From assembly GCF_006345805.1 (NCBI RefSeq), contig NC_043009.1, positions 29,698,001 through 29,762,000 of the forward strand: a stretch of 64,000 bases of DNA, in the 5' to 3' direction. A program made the position numbers and the translations under genes. The DNA is from Octopus sinensis. Taxonomy: Eukaryota. Positions 52,656 to 64,000 of this stretch are shown in pieces. Numbering within the stretch: the first letter of the stretch is position 1; every line of letters starts with the position of its first letter. The notes under the pieces are model-generated. The model saw only the letters and a program-made list of their open reading frames with translations. It was not told the DNA's origin and made no database searches.

Positions 52656-52886
52656 AGGGCGGCGGTTGGCAGAAACGTTAGCACGCCGGGCGAAATGCGT
52701 AGCCGTATTTCGTCTGCCGTTACGTTCTGAATTCAAATTCTACCGAGGTCGACTTTGCCTTTCATCCTTTCGGGGTCGATAAATTAAGTACCAGTTGCGC
52801 ACTGGGTCAATATAATCGACTTAATCCGTTTTTCTGTCCTTGTTTGTCCCCTCTATGTTTAGCCCCTTGTGGGCAATAAAGAAATA
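52656..52886 (+). mobile_element. Full-length young SINE, family A, with 16-bp TSD
   Basis: Perfect TSD ggtatgagtaggacta at 52640-52655 and 52887-52902; A- and B-box-like motifs present. Confidence 0.95.
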
Positions 52887-54641
52887 GGTATGAGTAGGAC
52901 TATATAGCAACAGATGTTCTAGTTGATCATATTACTTCATGGTAAGTGTTAAGCCGAACATTATAAAAGAATTCAATAAAGTTAGTGCTAATAATTAAGA
53001 CTATTTCTATACAATACTTATATGTCTTGAACAAGGAATCACTGCCGTGCGTTTGATTTAGAAAAAAAAACTAAGGTGAGTTTAAAAGAGATACCTGGAA
53101 AGGTTAAACGGCAGCACTTCATCTTGGTAACTAAGATATTAAAAAGATAAATCATCCCGATTTCTTCCTGAGAGACTTATAACCCTGCGCAATGGTTGAA
53201 AAATAAATTGATTCGTTTTTGTTTGATAGGGAGTTGACTTGGTTTATAGTTCCAAAGACAACTGGTAACCAATGAACAGAAAGTAATGTATCAGAACCAC
53301 TTCTAGCTATTATATTTTATTCTTCTTTTTTAAGCCATTCTGCATTTGAGAAATGTTTTTAGCTGTTTTTATTATATTTCCTATTAAAGCACAACGGAAA
53401 GGGTAAAGTTTAGTTACTAGCTTCACAGTTAGTAACTCCTGTTGCCAGCTGTCATAAATATGATGTGCCGAAAAGAACAAAAAAACTATATATATCTGCC
53501 GTTCTCTTTTGTTGCATTAACTGTATTCAGGCAACTGGAAAAATTTTGGAGCTAGTTAATAGAAATGCATGCCAAGAGAACATTGATCATAATTCAATAA
53601 ACCCTGGAATATTTTACGCTTTGTATCATTGTTTTTATTCGTATTTTCAGTGGGTATAGACATTACTTCGTAGATGTCGAAAAATATATATTATCATTTC
53701 CTGCATCTTTTTGGAGAAGAACTGATATCCACCCATTTGTCAAAACGTGGTAGTTTAGGTTTATCTGAATGAAAATTGCCCAAAAATATTAAATCTAAAA
53801 CATAGTATAATGAAATGTCTCGTTAATTTTATATTCAAAAATTAATGTACAGTAAATTTTAATTTTCTATGCCGTATATTTTAGGGAAAAAAATGTATAA
53901 AAAGCTAGGATATGAAATAAATGAAACATCGTTAAAAATCTATAAATAATTAAGTTTCAAATGACATGAATTTAATTTAAGATTCTTAAAGCTTTTAATA
54001 AAAAGCAATTATAAATATACAGCGAAACATATCCAATAAAAATACAGAGTTCACGATATGAAAAGAAAACGAGTTAGAAAGACTGTAATATTCTGAATTC
54101 TGAGATTAACATACATTTACTGATTTAAAAATATAATATCTATATGATATTTGCTTGTTTTCTACATATAACGTTATTGATTTATTAGATTAATGAGTAA
54201 TCTGTGTGTGAAATAAACTAGTGTTGTTCGACTGAAATTATATGTATAATGTTTATAAAATTATAGGAAGAGATATTAACTTATCTTCTTGGATGAAATA
54301 CAGTAAACTATTGTGAAACAAAAAGATCGTACGCGAAAGAAAAAGAAGAGTTTTATATTGTTTTAGTAACTCAAGGTCAGCTTTTCTTTTCATCCGCTGG
54401 GATCAGTAAAATAAGTACGAATAAAGTACTGAAGCCGATGCTATCTACAAATTACATTCCCTTAAATTGCTGGCCTTATGCCAAAATTTGAGACTATTCA
54501 AAAATATTATTTCGTTCTGGCTCCACCGATGGAACGATATGAAATGTAATGTAGAAAAAACAGCAAATTTCTACGAATTCATTAATGCAGAGTTAATGGG
54601 TTGGATGTAGTGTTGAAGATGGAACAAGAACTCCTGAACGT

Positions 54642-54825
54642 AGGAGTGGCTGTGTGGTAAGTGACATACTTACCAACCACATGGTTCCGGGCTCAGCTTA
54701 ATTGCGTGGCACCTTGGTCAAGTGTCTTCAACTATAGCCTCAGGCCGACCAAAGACTTGTGAGTGGATTTGGTAGACGGAAACTGAAAGAAGAGAGTCGA
54801 ATATATCTCTATCTATATATATATA

Positions 54826-54880
<55 letters not shown>

Positions 54881-54883
54881 TTT

Positions 54884-54926
<43 letters not shown>

Positions 54927-55142
54927 CTCTTTCTATATATATATATGTGTGATTGTGTGTGTGTGTGTTTGTCCACCCATCACCATAATTTGACAATTTG
55001 GTGTGTTTACGTCCTCGTAACATAGCGGTTCGGCAAAAATATCGAAAGAATAACAAAGAAAAAGTCTTAGGGACGATTTGTTCGACTAAAGACGGTGCTC
55101 CAACATGGCCGCAGTCAAATGACCGAAGCAAATAAAAGAATA
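54642..55142 (+). mobile_element. SINE, family C, with expanded internal (TATC)n
   Basis: Family C head, core and tail; about 150-bp microsatellite at the internal site. Confidence 0.9.
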
Positions 55143-55217
55143 ATAGAGCATACACATTACTTATTTTCCATCTTCGAGTGCTTTGATGTTTGGTGACAAA
55201 AGTTTCAATGGAAAATA

Positions 55218-55239
55218 TGTAGAGATAGAAGCCCGTCGT

Positions 55240-55292
<53 letters not shown>

Positions 55293-55540
55293 GTGTGTGT
55301 GTGTGTGTGCGTGTGTGTGTGTATGTGTGTGTGTGTTTCTGTGTCTGTGTTTGTACCCCCAGCATCGCTTGACAACCGATGCTGGTGTGTCTATATCCTC
55401 GTAACCTAGCGGTTCGTCTCCGTATCTTAGGCAAAAGAGACCGATAGAAAAGAGTACTAGGCTTACAAAGAATAAGTCTTGGTGTCGATTTCCTCGACTA
55501 AAGGTGTTGCTCCAGCATGACTGGAACAAGTAAAAGAGTG
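55218..55540 (+). mobile_element. 5'-truncated SINE, family C, with internal (TA)n(GT)n
   Basis: gaagcccgtcg...catcgcttgacaaccgatgctggtgtg...aagtaaaagag. Confidence 0.88.
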
Positions 55541-55814
55541 ATCATGGTAACCTTAACATGTAATTTAATAGCACTGCTAACACAGTAGGACACAATATTG
55601 ACCTATAAAGCGTTTAATATGCTTTGTAGTATATCATAGTTGCATTAAAAAATAGGGTGCAATTGATTTCTAGTTTGTATCAGATTCAAATAATGATAGT
55701 TTTTGTGAAGATAATAATGATTGTTTTTTTCTGTGTTAGATGAGACTAACATGACAATTAAAGCTGCTTAAAACGTGTCATCCTGAATAAAATAGTTTAC
55801 CTTCTTTTAGATAT

Positions 55815-56214
55815 CATTTCTGCTAAAGACACAAGGCCTGCAATTTTGTTGGGAGGGACTAGTCGATTACATCAACCCAGTGCGCAACTGGTGCTTAATT
55901 TATACCCCGAAAGGATGAAAAGCTAAGTCGACCTCGGCGGAATTTGAACTCAGAACGTAAAGACAGACGAAATACCTATTTCTTTACTAGCCACAAGCAG
56001 CTAAACACAGAGAGGGCAAACAAGGACAGACAAACGGATTAAGTCGATTATATGGACCCCACTGCGTAGCTGGTACTTATATAATCGACCCCGAAAGGAT
56101 GAAAAGCAAAGTCGACCTCGGCGGAATTTGAACTCAGAAAGTAGCGGCAGACGAAATACCGCTTGGCATTTCGCCCGGCGTGCTTACAATTCTGCCAGCT
56201 CGCCGTCTTTGCTA
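55815..56214 (-). mobile_element. Dimeric family A SINE with probable 11-bp TSD
   Basis: Two units joined at 55975|55976 (gacgaaatac|ctatttctttac); cttttagatat at 55804-55814 and 56215-56225. Confidence 0.88.
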
Positions 56215-56554
56215 CTTTTAGATATGGTTGATATATATGTGTATGCATGATGCTAGTGTATGTGTGTGTGTCTGTGCACGTATGTATGTGTATGTAATTA
56301 TTCACTCACACGTATATTGTTTCTAATTTTTGCACGCGGCTATCGGTTTTGAGGGAAAGAGATAAGACGATTTGATCGACCTCTGCCGAAGTTGAATTCA
56401 GAATGTAAAGAATCACAAAAAATAACACAATGCACTTTGTTATGCGTAGTAACGATTCTGCTATCTTATACGTATAGACACATATGTTGGAATGCCGTGA
56501 ACATATATTTGCATACAAAAACTAACGTAGACGTTAAAACGGTAGTAATTTGTT

Positions 56555-56690
56555 GTTGTAGTTGTTAGTGGTGGTAGTGGTGGTGGTGGTGGTGGTGGTG
56601 GTGATGATGATGATGATGATGGTGGTGATGGTGGTGGTGATGAAGATGAAGATGATGGTGACGAAGGTGATGATAGGGATGACGCCAACG
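56555..56690. repeat. (GGT)n/(GAT)n trinucleotide tract
   Basis: Visible directly. Confidence 0.9.
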
Positions 56691-57599
56691 CCAGCGGTTT
56701 TTGCAGACGATAGTCGGTGATTTTTTTAGCAGCAAAACTTAGTGGTACCTATTATAGAGTTCGGCAAATTGATGTAACACCTCCATGTCCGGTGTCTTTA
56801 AATGATTACATCTGATACTATTATTAATAACGGTTCCTCACAGCTATTTTTATGAACATAGCAAATAACTAAAAAGAAAAACAAAAACAATAGATATTCC
56901 GAATTTACTAAAACACACACCCACACAAACATTTTGAGGAATTCTATTTCAACAAAACTTATCCCCAGGGTGCTAACTATATTTTAAAAATCAACAAATC
57001 ACACACAAAACTACTTATTCCGATATTTACATCATGCTTTGAGTAACAGAAGCTATGGAAAGAAGCCAGGTATTTGACATGAATCAAATATAATGATATT
57101 TATTTGCTGCCTTCTCTTTTCTCTTTTGTTTTGCGATATATTTCTTATTGGCAGCATCTATTATTGGCGTTGACAGCATTAGATTTTTAGTGACACTTAT
57201 ATATTTTTATTGACTAGAAGAAAATCTCTAAGTAACCTGCAGGTGATTTTAGTTAATTCACGCAAATCTCCGAAGGGAACAAACATTACTAATCACAGTT
57301 AAACGATTATTATCAAAGCGAGATTGAAGTCTATCTATCGCTACCATTGTGTTTCACTCTAGTATTTAATCTCCAATGACAACTGCAATTCTTTTTGTTG
57401 TAAATTGTATTCTTTTTATGCTCTTTGTAAGTCTGTCAGGTCATAGTGTGTTTAAAATTATTTTAAGTCATACTTGCATTTTCCTATAAAGTTAGTGCTT
57501 TTCTCTACTTTATAAGAAAATTGAGCAAATTTTCTAGATAAGTAGAGTTTGGCGCCTACCTGACGTAAAGCATTGCAGAATCGAATCTGTCTATTGGTG

Positions 57600-58330
57600 T
57601 ACCTTTCCATTTAAATATCGGATATTCAACTATGGACATGGCCAACATCATGCTATTGTCTCTTGTACCATTATTCCAATAGATTCCGTCACTCCGTATA
57701 TGTCACACCTCATCTTTATAGTGAAAGCTTCACCCAGTCTTTTCTTGAATGAATTATAATCTTCTGGAATACCACTTCTCTCTATTTTGATCGAGAGGTC
57801 TGCTAGGTTTTCAGAATGCTTCTTTATCATATCTATTAAACATAATTATTTATACATACGTTTCTATGTATTATATACGTTATTTAGATTTGACGGGTAT
57901 TTGTCCCCCATCTTGTTTGTTATTAACACAACGTTTCGGCTGATATACCCTCCAGCCTGGGTTATCATTCCTAAGGTATTTTTCGATGCTATGGGTACAA
58001 GTAAGTATCTCATTTATTTTCTTATCGTATTTATCGCTGATGACGAGAACATTCGAAATGAATTAACTCAGAAATCGAGGCCGATTCGATTATAAAGAAA
58101 TCTTTTAAACATTTCTGTCGGCTTGCTTTCGAGACGCGTGCTTATAGTGATAAATTATATGGTTATTGAGGATTAAGTCTATTTTCGACATATTTGGCAT
58201 TAGAATGTTTTTCTTTCGCCCTTGTTTATAAGTTCTTTATAAATTTAATATCTTTAAAGGTATTTTTTTAAATGCTGGCCATTGATAAATTTTTTTTCGA
58301 AAATTTTATCCTATATTAGATGTAAATGTT
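57600..58330 (-). mobile_element. Probable Penelope-like element remnant interrupted by a SINE-like tail (57860-57995)
   Basis: Minus-strand fragments FTSNIG and LMPNMSKI resemble the PLE RT-to-GIY-YIG linker; KKRLGEAFTIK resembles a GIY-YIG C-terminus. Heavily decayed. Confidence 0.35.
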
Positions 58331-58403
<73 letters not shown>

Positions 58404-58615
58404 CATGCACACGCACATTTATATGCTTAAATATTGCTGTAATGTTTCCCTTTGCCGTTTCAATCATCCCGATGCTTGATTGTTCATTAAAAACGTAAGA
58501 CCATTTTCTGAAAATTATTTATTCCCAAACCTATGAATTTGCTTCGTTCCAAATCGCGATCATCAGAATAATTCTATTGTAGTTTACAGATCAAACTAAA
58601 TAAATAATTAAATAG

Positions 58616-58831
58616 ATGTCTTCAAGGTCGCACTTTAGTGAGATGAAAACATTCAGAAACAGATTGCTTGATGAATTTTCAAATTTTAATTTAGAAAAGT
58701 TGAGGGAGGTTTCTAAATATAATGATTTGTTAATGGAAATTGTAAAATTGAAGTGGTTTTCTTGGAAACAAAACAATGAGATGCTTAGAAATCAGAAAGG
58801 TGAATCATTAACTGAGGCCAACTTTAAGTAG
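58616..58831 (+). other. 71-codon ORF in unique AT-rich DNA; candidate exon (58616-58799) or TE-derived fragment
   Basis: E/K/L/N-rich translation; AG at 58614-58615 and AG|gtgaat donor at 58800. No recognised family. Confidence 0.3.
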
Positions 58832-59024
58832 ATAGATATTTCAGTAGTATTAAATAACACATGCTTCAATGTTACACACAACACACAAAGATACGAAACC
58901 TCCAAACAATAAACCCAATCGCAAGAGTAAAAGATGAGAAATCTAAATTAATACGTTATTCGTTTCTATTATAGAAGGTTAGTATATCAGCTGATTAAAT
59001 TTTACTTTATATATATATATATAG

Positions 59025-59220
59025 GCGTAGGCGTGGCCGTGTGGTAACCATTTGGTTGCTTCCTAACCAAATGGTTCCGGGTTAAGTCCCACTCTGCGTC
59101 GCACTCTGGTCTTCAGTAGCCTCGGGCCGACCAAAGCCTTGTGAGTGGATTTGGTAGACGGAAACTGAAAGAATCCCATTGTATATACATATACATTTAT
59201 ATATGTGTGTGCGTGTGTCT
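59025..59220 (+). mobile_element. SINE, family C, 5' half
   Basis: ggcgtaggcgtggccgtgtggtaa...gtagcctcgggccgaccaaagccttgtgagtggatttggtagacggaaactgaaaga. Confidence 0.88.
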
Positions 59221-59224
59221 GCAC

Positions 59225-60362
59225 TGAAGCATAAAGATTCCAAGCAATCTTCAGTCATGAAGCTCAGTAAGAAATGTAAAAATTCTCTTGGCCTATAAGT
59301 TAACAATAAGAATGATAAAAGACACCCAAATTCTAACAGACCTACCTTTTGCTTCTCCTGATTTTGAAATTAACAATCAGAAAAAAACCAATGACATTAA
59401 AATAGTGACAAATCTGACAGCGGCATTGAATTATTGACAGAAGTTTTGCATGAATGATATCGAAGACAACTGGAAAGGCAAACTCTTGAATGGAAGATAT
59501 CCTAACCGCCTGTCGAAGCCAGATATTGACCAAAATCTAACAAACCAATAGCTACAAGTGACAGGTCTGAAAGGAGAAAAAGGTCCTGTCATTGCAGAGC
59601 AAGATCAGAGCTTACCTACAAGAACCTACCATGCAAACGTCCTTAAAGATGGATCTTACTCCTCGTGCAGAATTTGCGAAAAATTCACAGGGACAACCGA
59701 ACTTGTAGTTTCTGGTTGCCCAGTCTTCGCTGGAAAGGAGTATCTCATAAGACATGACAGACTAGGGCAGTACATCTACTAGGATTCTTGTAAACACTAC
59801 AAAGTTAATTCCCGTGGTAAGTGGTACGTGCACCATGCAGAGGATGTAGTAAATGGCGAGGGCGTCACAATCCTTTTGAACTTCCCAATAGAAACAGACA
59901 GAAAAATCGACTCAGACCAGTTATTGTGATCAAGGACTGCAACAGAGAAAGTTGTCTGTTAATATATATGTCAGTCCCACAAGATCAAAATGTCTCAAGA
60001 AAAGAATACGAAAAGCTTTCTCACTATAAAGGTATGCAAACTGAATTCATAAAAATCTGGAAACTTTGTACTACGATATTTCCAGTAGTAATTGGTGCGC
60101 TGGGAATGATAAAGAAGGGAGCTGAGAAGTATATTAAGCAACTCCCTGGTAACTCCAATCCCCGTGAACTACAAGAGATAGACTTGGTTTGTGCATCCCG
60201 TACACTACGGAAAACACTCTCCATCTAAAATAGAATAAATGTGATGATAAATTTAGCATGCATAGAAAAACAAAAGTGTCCTTGCTACTCTTGGCCTCTG
60301 AAGAAAGCTCGGGACTAAGGCAGCTGAAATAGTGTTATAATAAAAAGCCATAAATAATAATA
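59225..60362 (+). mobile_element. R4/Dong-clade 3' end (Zn knuckle plus REL endonuclease, 3' UTR, (AAT)n/(GAT)n tail)
   Basis: WKGKLLNGRYP...EQDQSLPTRTY...CRICEK...VVSGCPVFAGKEYLIRHDRLGQYI...RPVIVIKD...KEYEKLSHYK...PVVIGALGMI...LRKTLSI* (stop at 60228). Confidence 0.92.
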
Positions 60363-60394
60363 ATGATGATGATGATGATGATGATGGTGGAAGT

Positions 60395-60820
60395 GTTATC
60401 ATGTACTTGGATTCTCTTGATATAAAAAGATGGGCTACAGCAAATATTTTTCTCAATACCACAGTCTTGCTTGTCAGTTGCTTGGCCTTCACCAGTTGAG
60501 CATATCCATTTGTGGCTGATGGTATGTGCATCTCTGATCACAAGCTGGAGTAATAAGGGGCATCTTAGCCATATGTGGAGAGGAATTCTTTGGGACTTGA
60601 ATAATTAACCGCTGGGAACGTAGGTGTTTCGTTCAACACCCTTAAACAAAGATTATGCGCTGTTTATCTTGATATGAGATTACCATATCTCGCACATGCG
60701 GTTGTGATGCATGTGCCTGGTATACCCCTATCAGACGGGTAATCTTGACGGGTATAATGAGCTTCCTATATTTGTACCCCAGTGTCACTTTGATGGCAAG
60801 CGGTGCTCTCTCACTCAATA
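60395..60820 (+). mobile_element. Retro-element 3' region ending ...tgctctctcactcaATAATAA
   Basis: Terminal 32 nt match the stub at 17759-17790; ends in an AAT/AGT repeat tail. Confidence 0.6.
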
Positions 60821-60828
60821 ATAAAAAC

Positions 60829-60874
<46 letters not shown>

Positions 60875-62227
60875 CCAATTATAGCAAATAATGAACATAC
60901 GTATGTTAAGGGAAAATGTGATGGTAGAAATATAGCTTTTTTCCTTTAAGAAAGGAACGTCTCTGTAAAGTCACTATTTACATATGCACTTCTAGATTCA
61001 AGCAAAATGCGCATCAATTATCCGAACAAGCTGATCTGAGATTCAATAGAAAATTTTAAAAAAACACGTTTCGTGATCGATGATAAAACCTGCATACCCA
61101 TATTATAGGAATTCCCGATTATACCTTTTGTTTGAAATTTCGTGAATATTATTATGGATAGATAAATAGATAGATAGACATACATTATGCTCATGTATAT
61201 TTTTATCCGGTAAAAGTGTTCATGTCATACAAATTCACACAAACACATGCACATAAGTGTACTTGTGTACTTCCCAGCAGTATAAAATAGACACTTGTAT
61301 CGTTGATTTCATAATATATTTAATTGTGGATTTTAGATTCCTTTAAGCGTTTTCACTTGTGCTTGGGGTTTGTTGAATATGCCCCATATATTATTATGAT
61401 GCACAATATCCATAAAAGTCGATGATATATCTATATGAGATGGCAATGCTATCATCAATATTGCTGTAATCAGGTTTTTGATTTGAACTTATATTTATGG
61501 CTATTGTTATTTAGACTTCAGACTTGTTACATCTATTATTGTTCTATAGGAAAATTTGAACTGAGTTTGTGTGATATGTAATAAAGTATCGTGTCAACTT
61601 TTTAACTGCTGTTATCTACTTTTGCACCCTACCTAATATAATACTTATCAAACTGTGTAAAAAGGATTAATTACAGGACGTAATTGAATATTTTGTATAT
61701 TTTATTCGTGTTAGTACTTGCCTTGCATTTTTTTCTGTTTTTGATATCTTTGTTGTTGGTGTTGTTGTTGTTGCTATTGCTTTTAATGACTGTCTCTGGA
61801 CACAAATGTGATAAAAAAACTTTTATAACCTTTAGACGATTTTAATGTGCTTTCACTATATATTTTTTTCGCTTAATGAAAAAGAGTATTCTGTAAATTA
61901 ATATATCTTCTGTTAGATTTTGATTGGTTCAAATATGCTGTAAAATTTACACCAGCTCATAAATATACTAACTTACATAAGAACACGTACATATACGCGT
62001 ATATTTAAGCCTGTATCTAATATCTAATATTTATATAGATTTGTGTGTGTGTATGTATATATACATGTATATATATTTATATACATTGTGTACATGTATA
62101 TATATGCATATGTATATATATGTATATATACATATATACACAAATAAAAATATTTTGTATACATATATATATGTGTACAAATATATATGCGTATATATAC
62201 ACATATACATATGTATATATATATATA

Positions 62228-62274
<47 letters not shown>

Positions 62275-64000
62275 CATATATATGCATACATATATATATA
62301 TATATCGTTATACAATATAAATGAGACCATACAGGTTCCTCAGATATATATACACACAAATATATATTTATGGCGGGTTTAGTGTATTATCCAAGATAAT
62401 ACAGTTAGTATTAATTAAATAATGGCCACTTAAAATATCTACCTCAATAAACTGTGATAATATCACCAGCTGTTCTGTGAATGGCGTAATATATCAATTA
62501 CTTCACACCTAACTACCTGAGATATTCTGAGGTTTTCCAATAAACATTCAGTTCATTTATGTCTATCGTGAGAACACAGAAGTTGTGATGTATGCTCGAT
62601 AGATTAATGACTTCATAGTTGAGTTTGAAACTTACTAAGCAAGTCAATATAACTACATTTGCTCTATACGTCAGGGTAATGCAATGCTCTACATCCATTT
62701 GATAACTGAGTTTCGTAAGGCAGTGGTTGATAGACAATCTTTATATATAACACACTTAAGAATTCATAGACAAATATTGAAATTTCTAAACAAATTTCAC
62801 ATTTCGAAACTTGTTAAATGAAAATGCCTTTATTCATTAGACGGTTTCGGTATAAAATTCCTTAGCGAAGTTCAAGATGTACGTAGCGCTTTGTATCAAT
62901 AAAAAAATTGAGATAATATTTTTAAACATTTGAATAATTTGTATAGCATTATAAGGCGAATGTTAAAATGCTAAAATATCTCGTTATTGAAACATATCTA
63001 AAATTAATAATATTTTAAATTAATATTTTAAAGCAAATTGATCAAGTGGGCAAAGACATATTGTATATAACCAATTAATAGCGCGTCGTACGAGAAACTG
63101 CAGATTTATAAATAATAATAACCTTACCACATTGCATCATGTCTTTCAAGGAGAACAAAAATAAATATGTATATTGTCGAAGATTTTATAGAGCATCACT
63201 ATCTCTCGCACTAAAATTAAATATGAATAAAAAGAAAACAGGCAACATCCGCATGTTTAGAAGAAAAGTTACCTTCGTCCAGATTCTAAACAAAGAGCCT
63301 ATCTAGAATGTGTATTTAAAAGTTTTAACTGAATAAAAATTACATTGCACGTAAGTTAATCTGAATTTTACCTTAAGAATTCCTCATATATACCCCACCG
63401 CCTCAAATATATTTCTTAACTCATTTAAAATATACACATGTTTAACATTGTATATCTCACTTGCTAATTATGCTCTAGCTACGATCTCGTATGATAGACT
63501 TGTATGAAATTATAAAATACGCATAGACAATGTTTTAAGCAGATTTCGTAATATCTGTTCACTGAATACTATATTCACCACAATCAAAATAATTGTAGTT
63601 TAAATGTATGCGTGATGTTTCTGAATAAATATTCCGCTGCATTTGTCTGTTAATTTTAGAATCTCAGTCGCCCATTATTGTTACAGAAACTTCAGAGAGG
63701 TAAAAAAAAATCATGGGGAAAATTTTGAAATAAGAAAAGTTACGACCGGTAACATCTCTTTGAAAAGAAGAAGGCTGGGAGTAAAAAATAAAATTTTCAA
63801 ATTTTATTTTATAAAATCTTGATCCTATATGGTAAGGCAAATTGTCTTCCCATTTGAATACTAAACTGTTACATTTAATAGGATATTTTAAACAGAGGAA
63901 AAGTTTTCAGTGCAACGTAACTTTCCATGTTTAATCCGTATATATTTCAAAAGGAAAGATAATTACATAAGAAAACGTTACGAGTTGGAGTGTGCATTGT

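Noticed and set aside
53036-53653. + strand exon chain at 53.0-53.7 kb
   Set aside because: Multiple mutually exclusive phase-compatible combinations can be built and none is identifiable, so chance is likely.

Overview
This is AT-rich eukaryotic non-coding DNA, most likely a coleoid cephalopod (Octopus-like). That assignment is an inference from the tRNA-derived SINE families, the R4/Dong-type and CR1-type LINE remnants and the very dense di-/tri-/tetranucleotide microsatellites. I cannot recognise an intact protein-coding gene, tRNA, rRNA or CRISPR array. Most ORFs in the supplied track are translations of microsatellites or of decayed transposons. What the sequence does support: at least three SINE families (about 20 copies, several with perfect target-site duplications); six fragments of R4/Dong-clade REL-endonuclease retrotransposons, clustered at (TAA)n tracts; one CR1-type LINE 3' end; two mariner transposase pseudogenes; two Helitron-like elements and one Helentron/HINE-like element; probable Penelope-like remnants; two long foldback hairpins; and a 44-bp minisatellite. 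The most unusual structures are multi-unit SINE concatemers bounded by a single TSD and joined at recurring junctions. Several short exon-like islands, including a phase-consistent + strand chain at 19.6-21.8 kb, may belong to an unrecognised spliced gene, but they are low confidence. SINE family labels A/B/C are my own working names.
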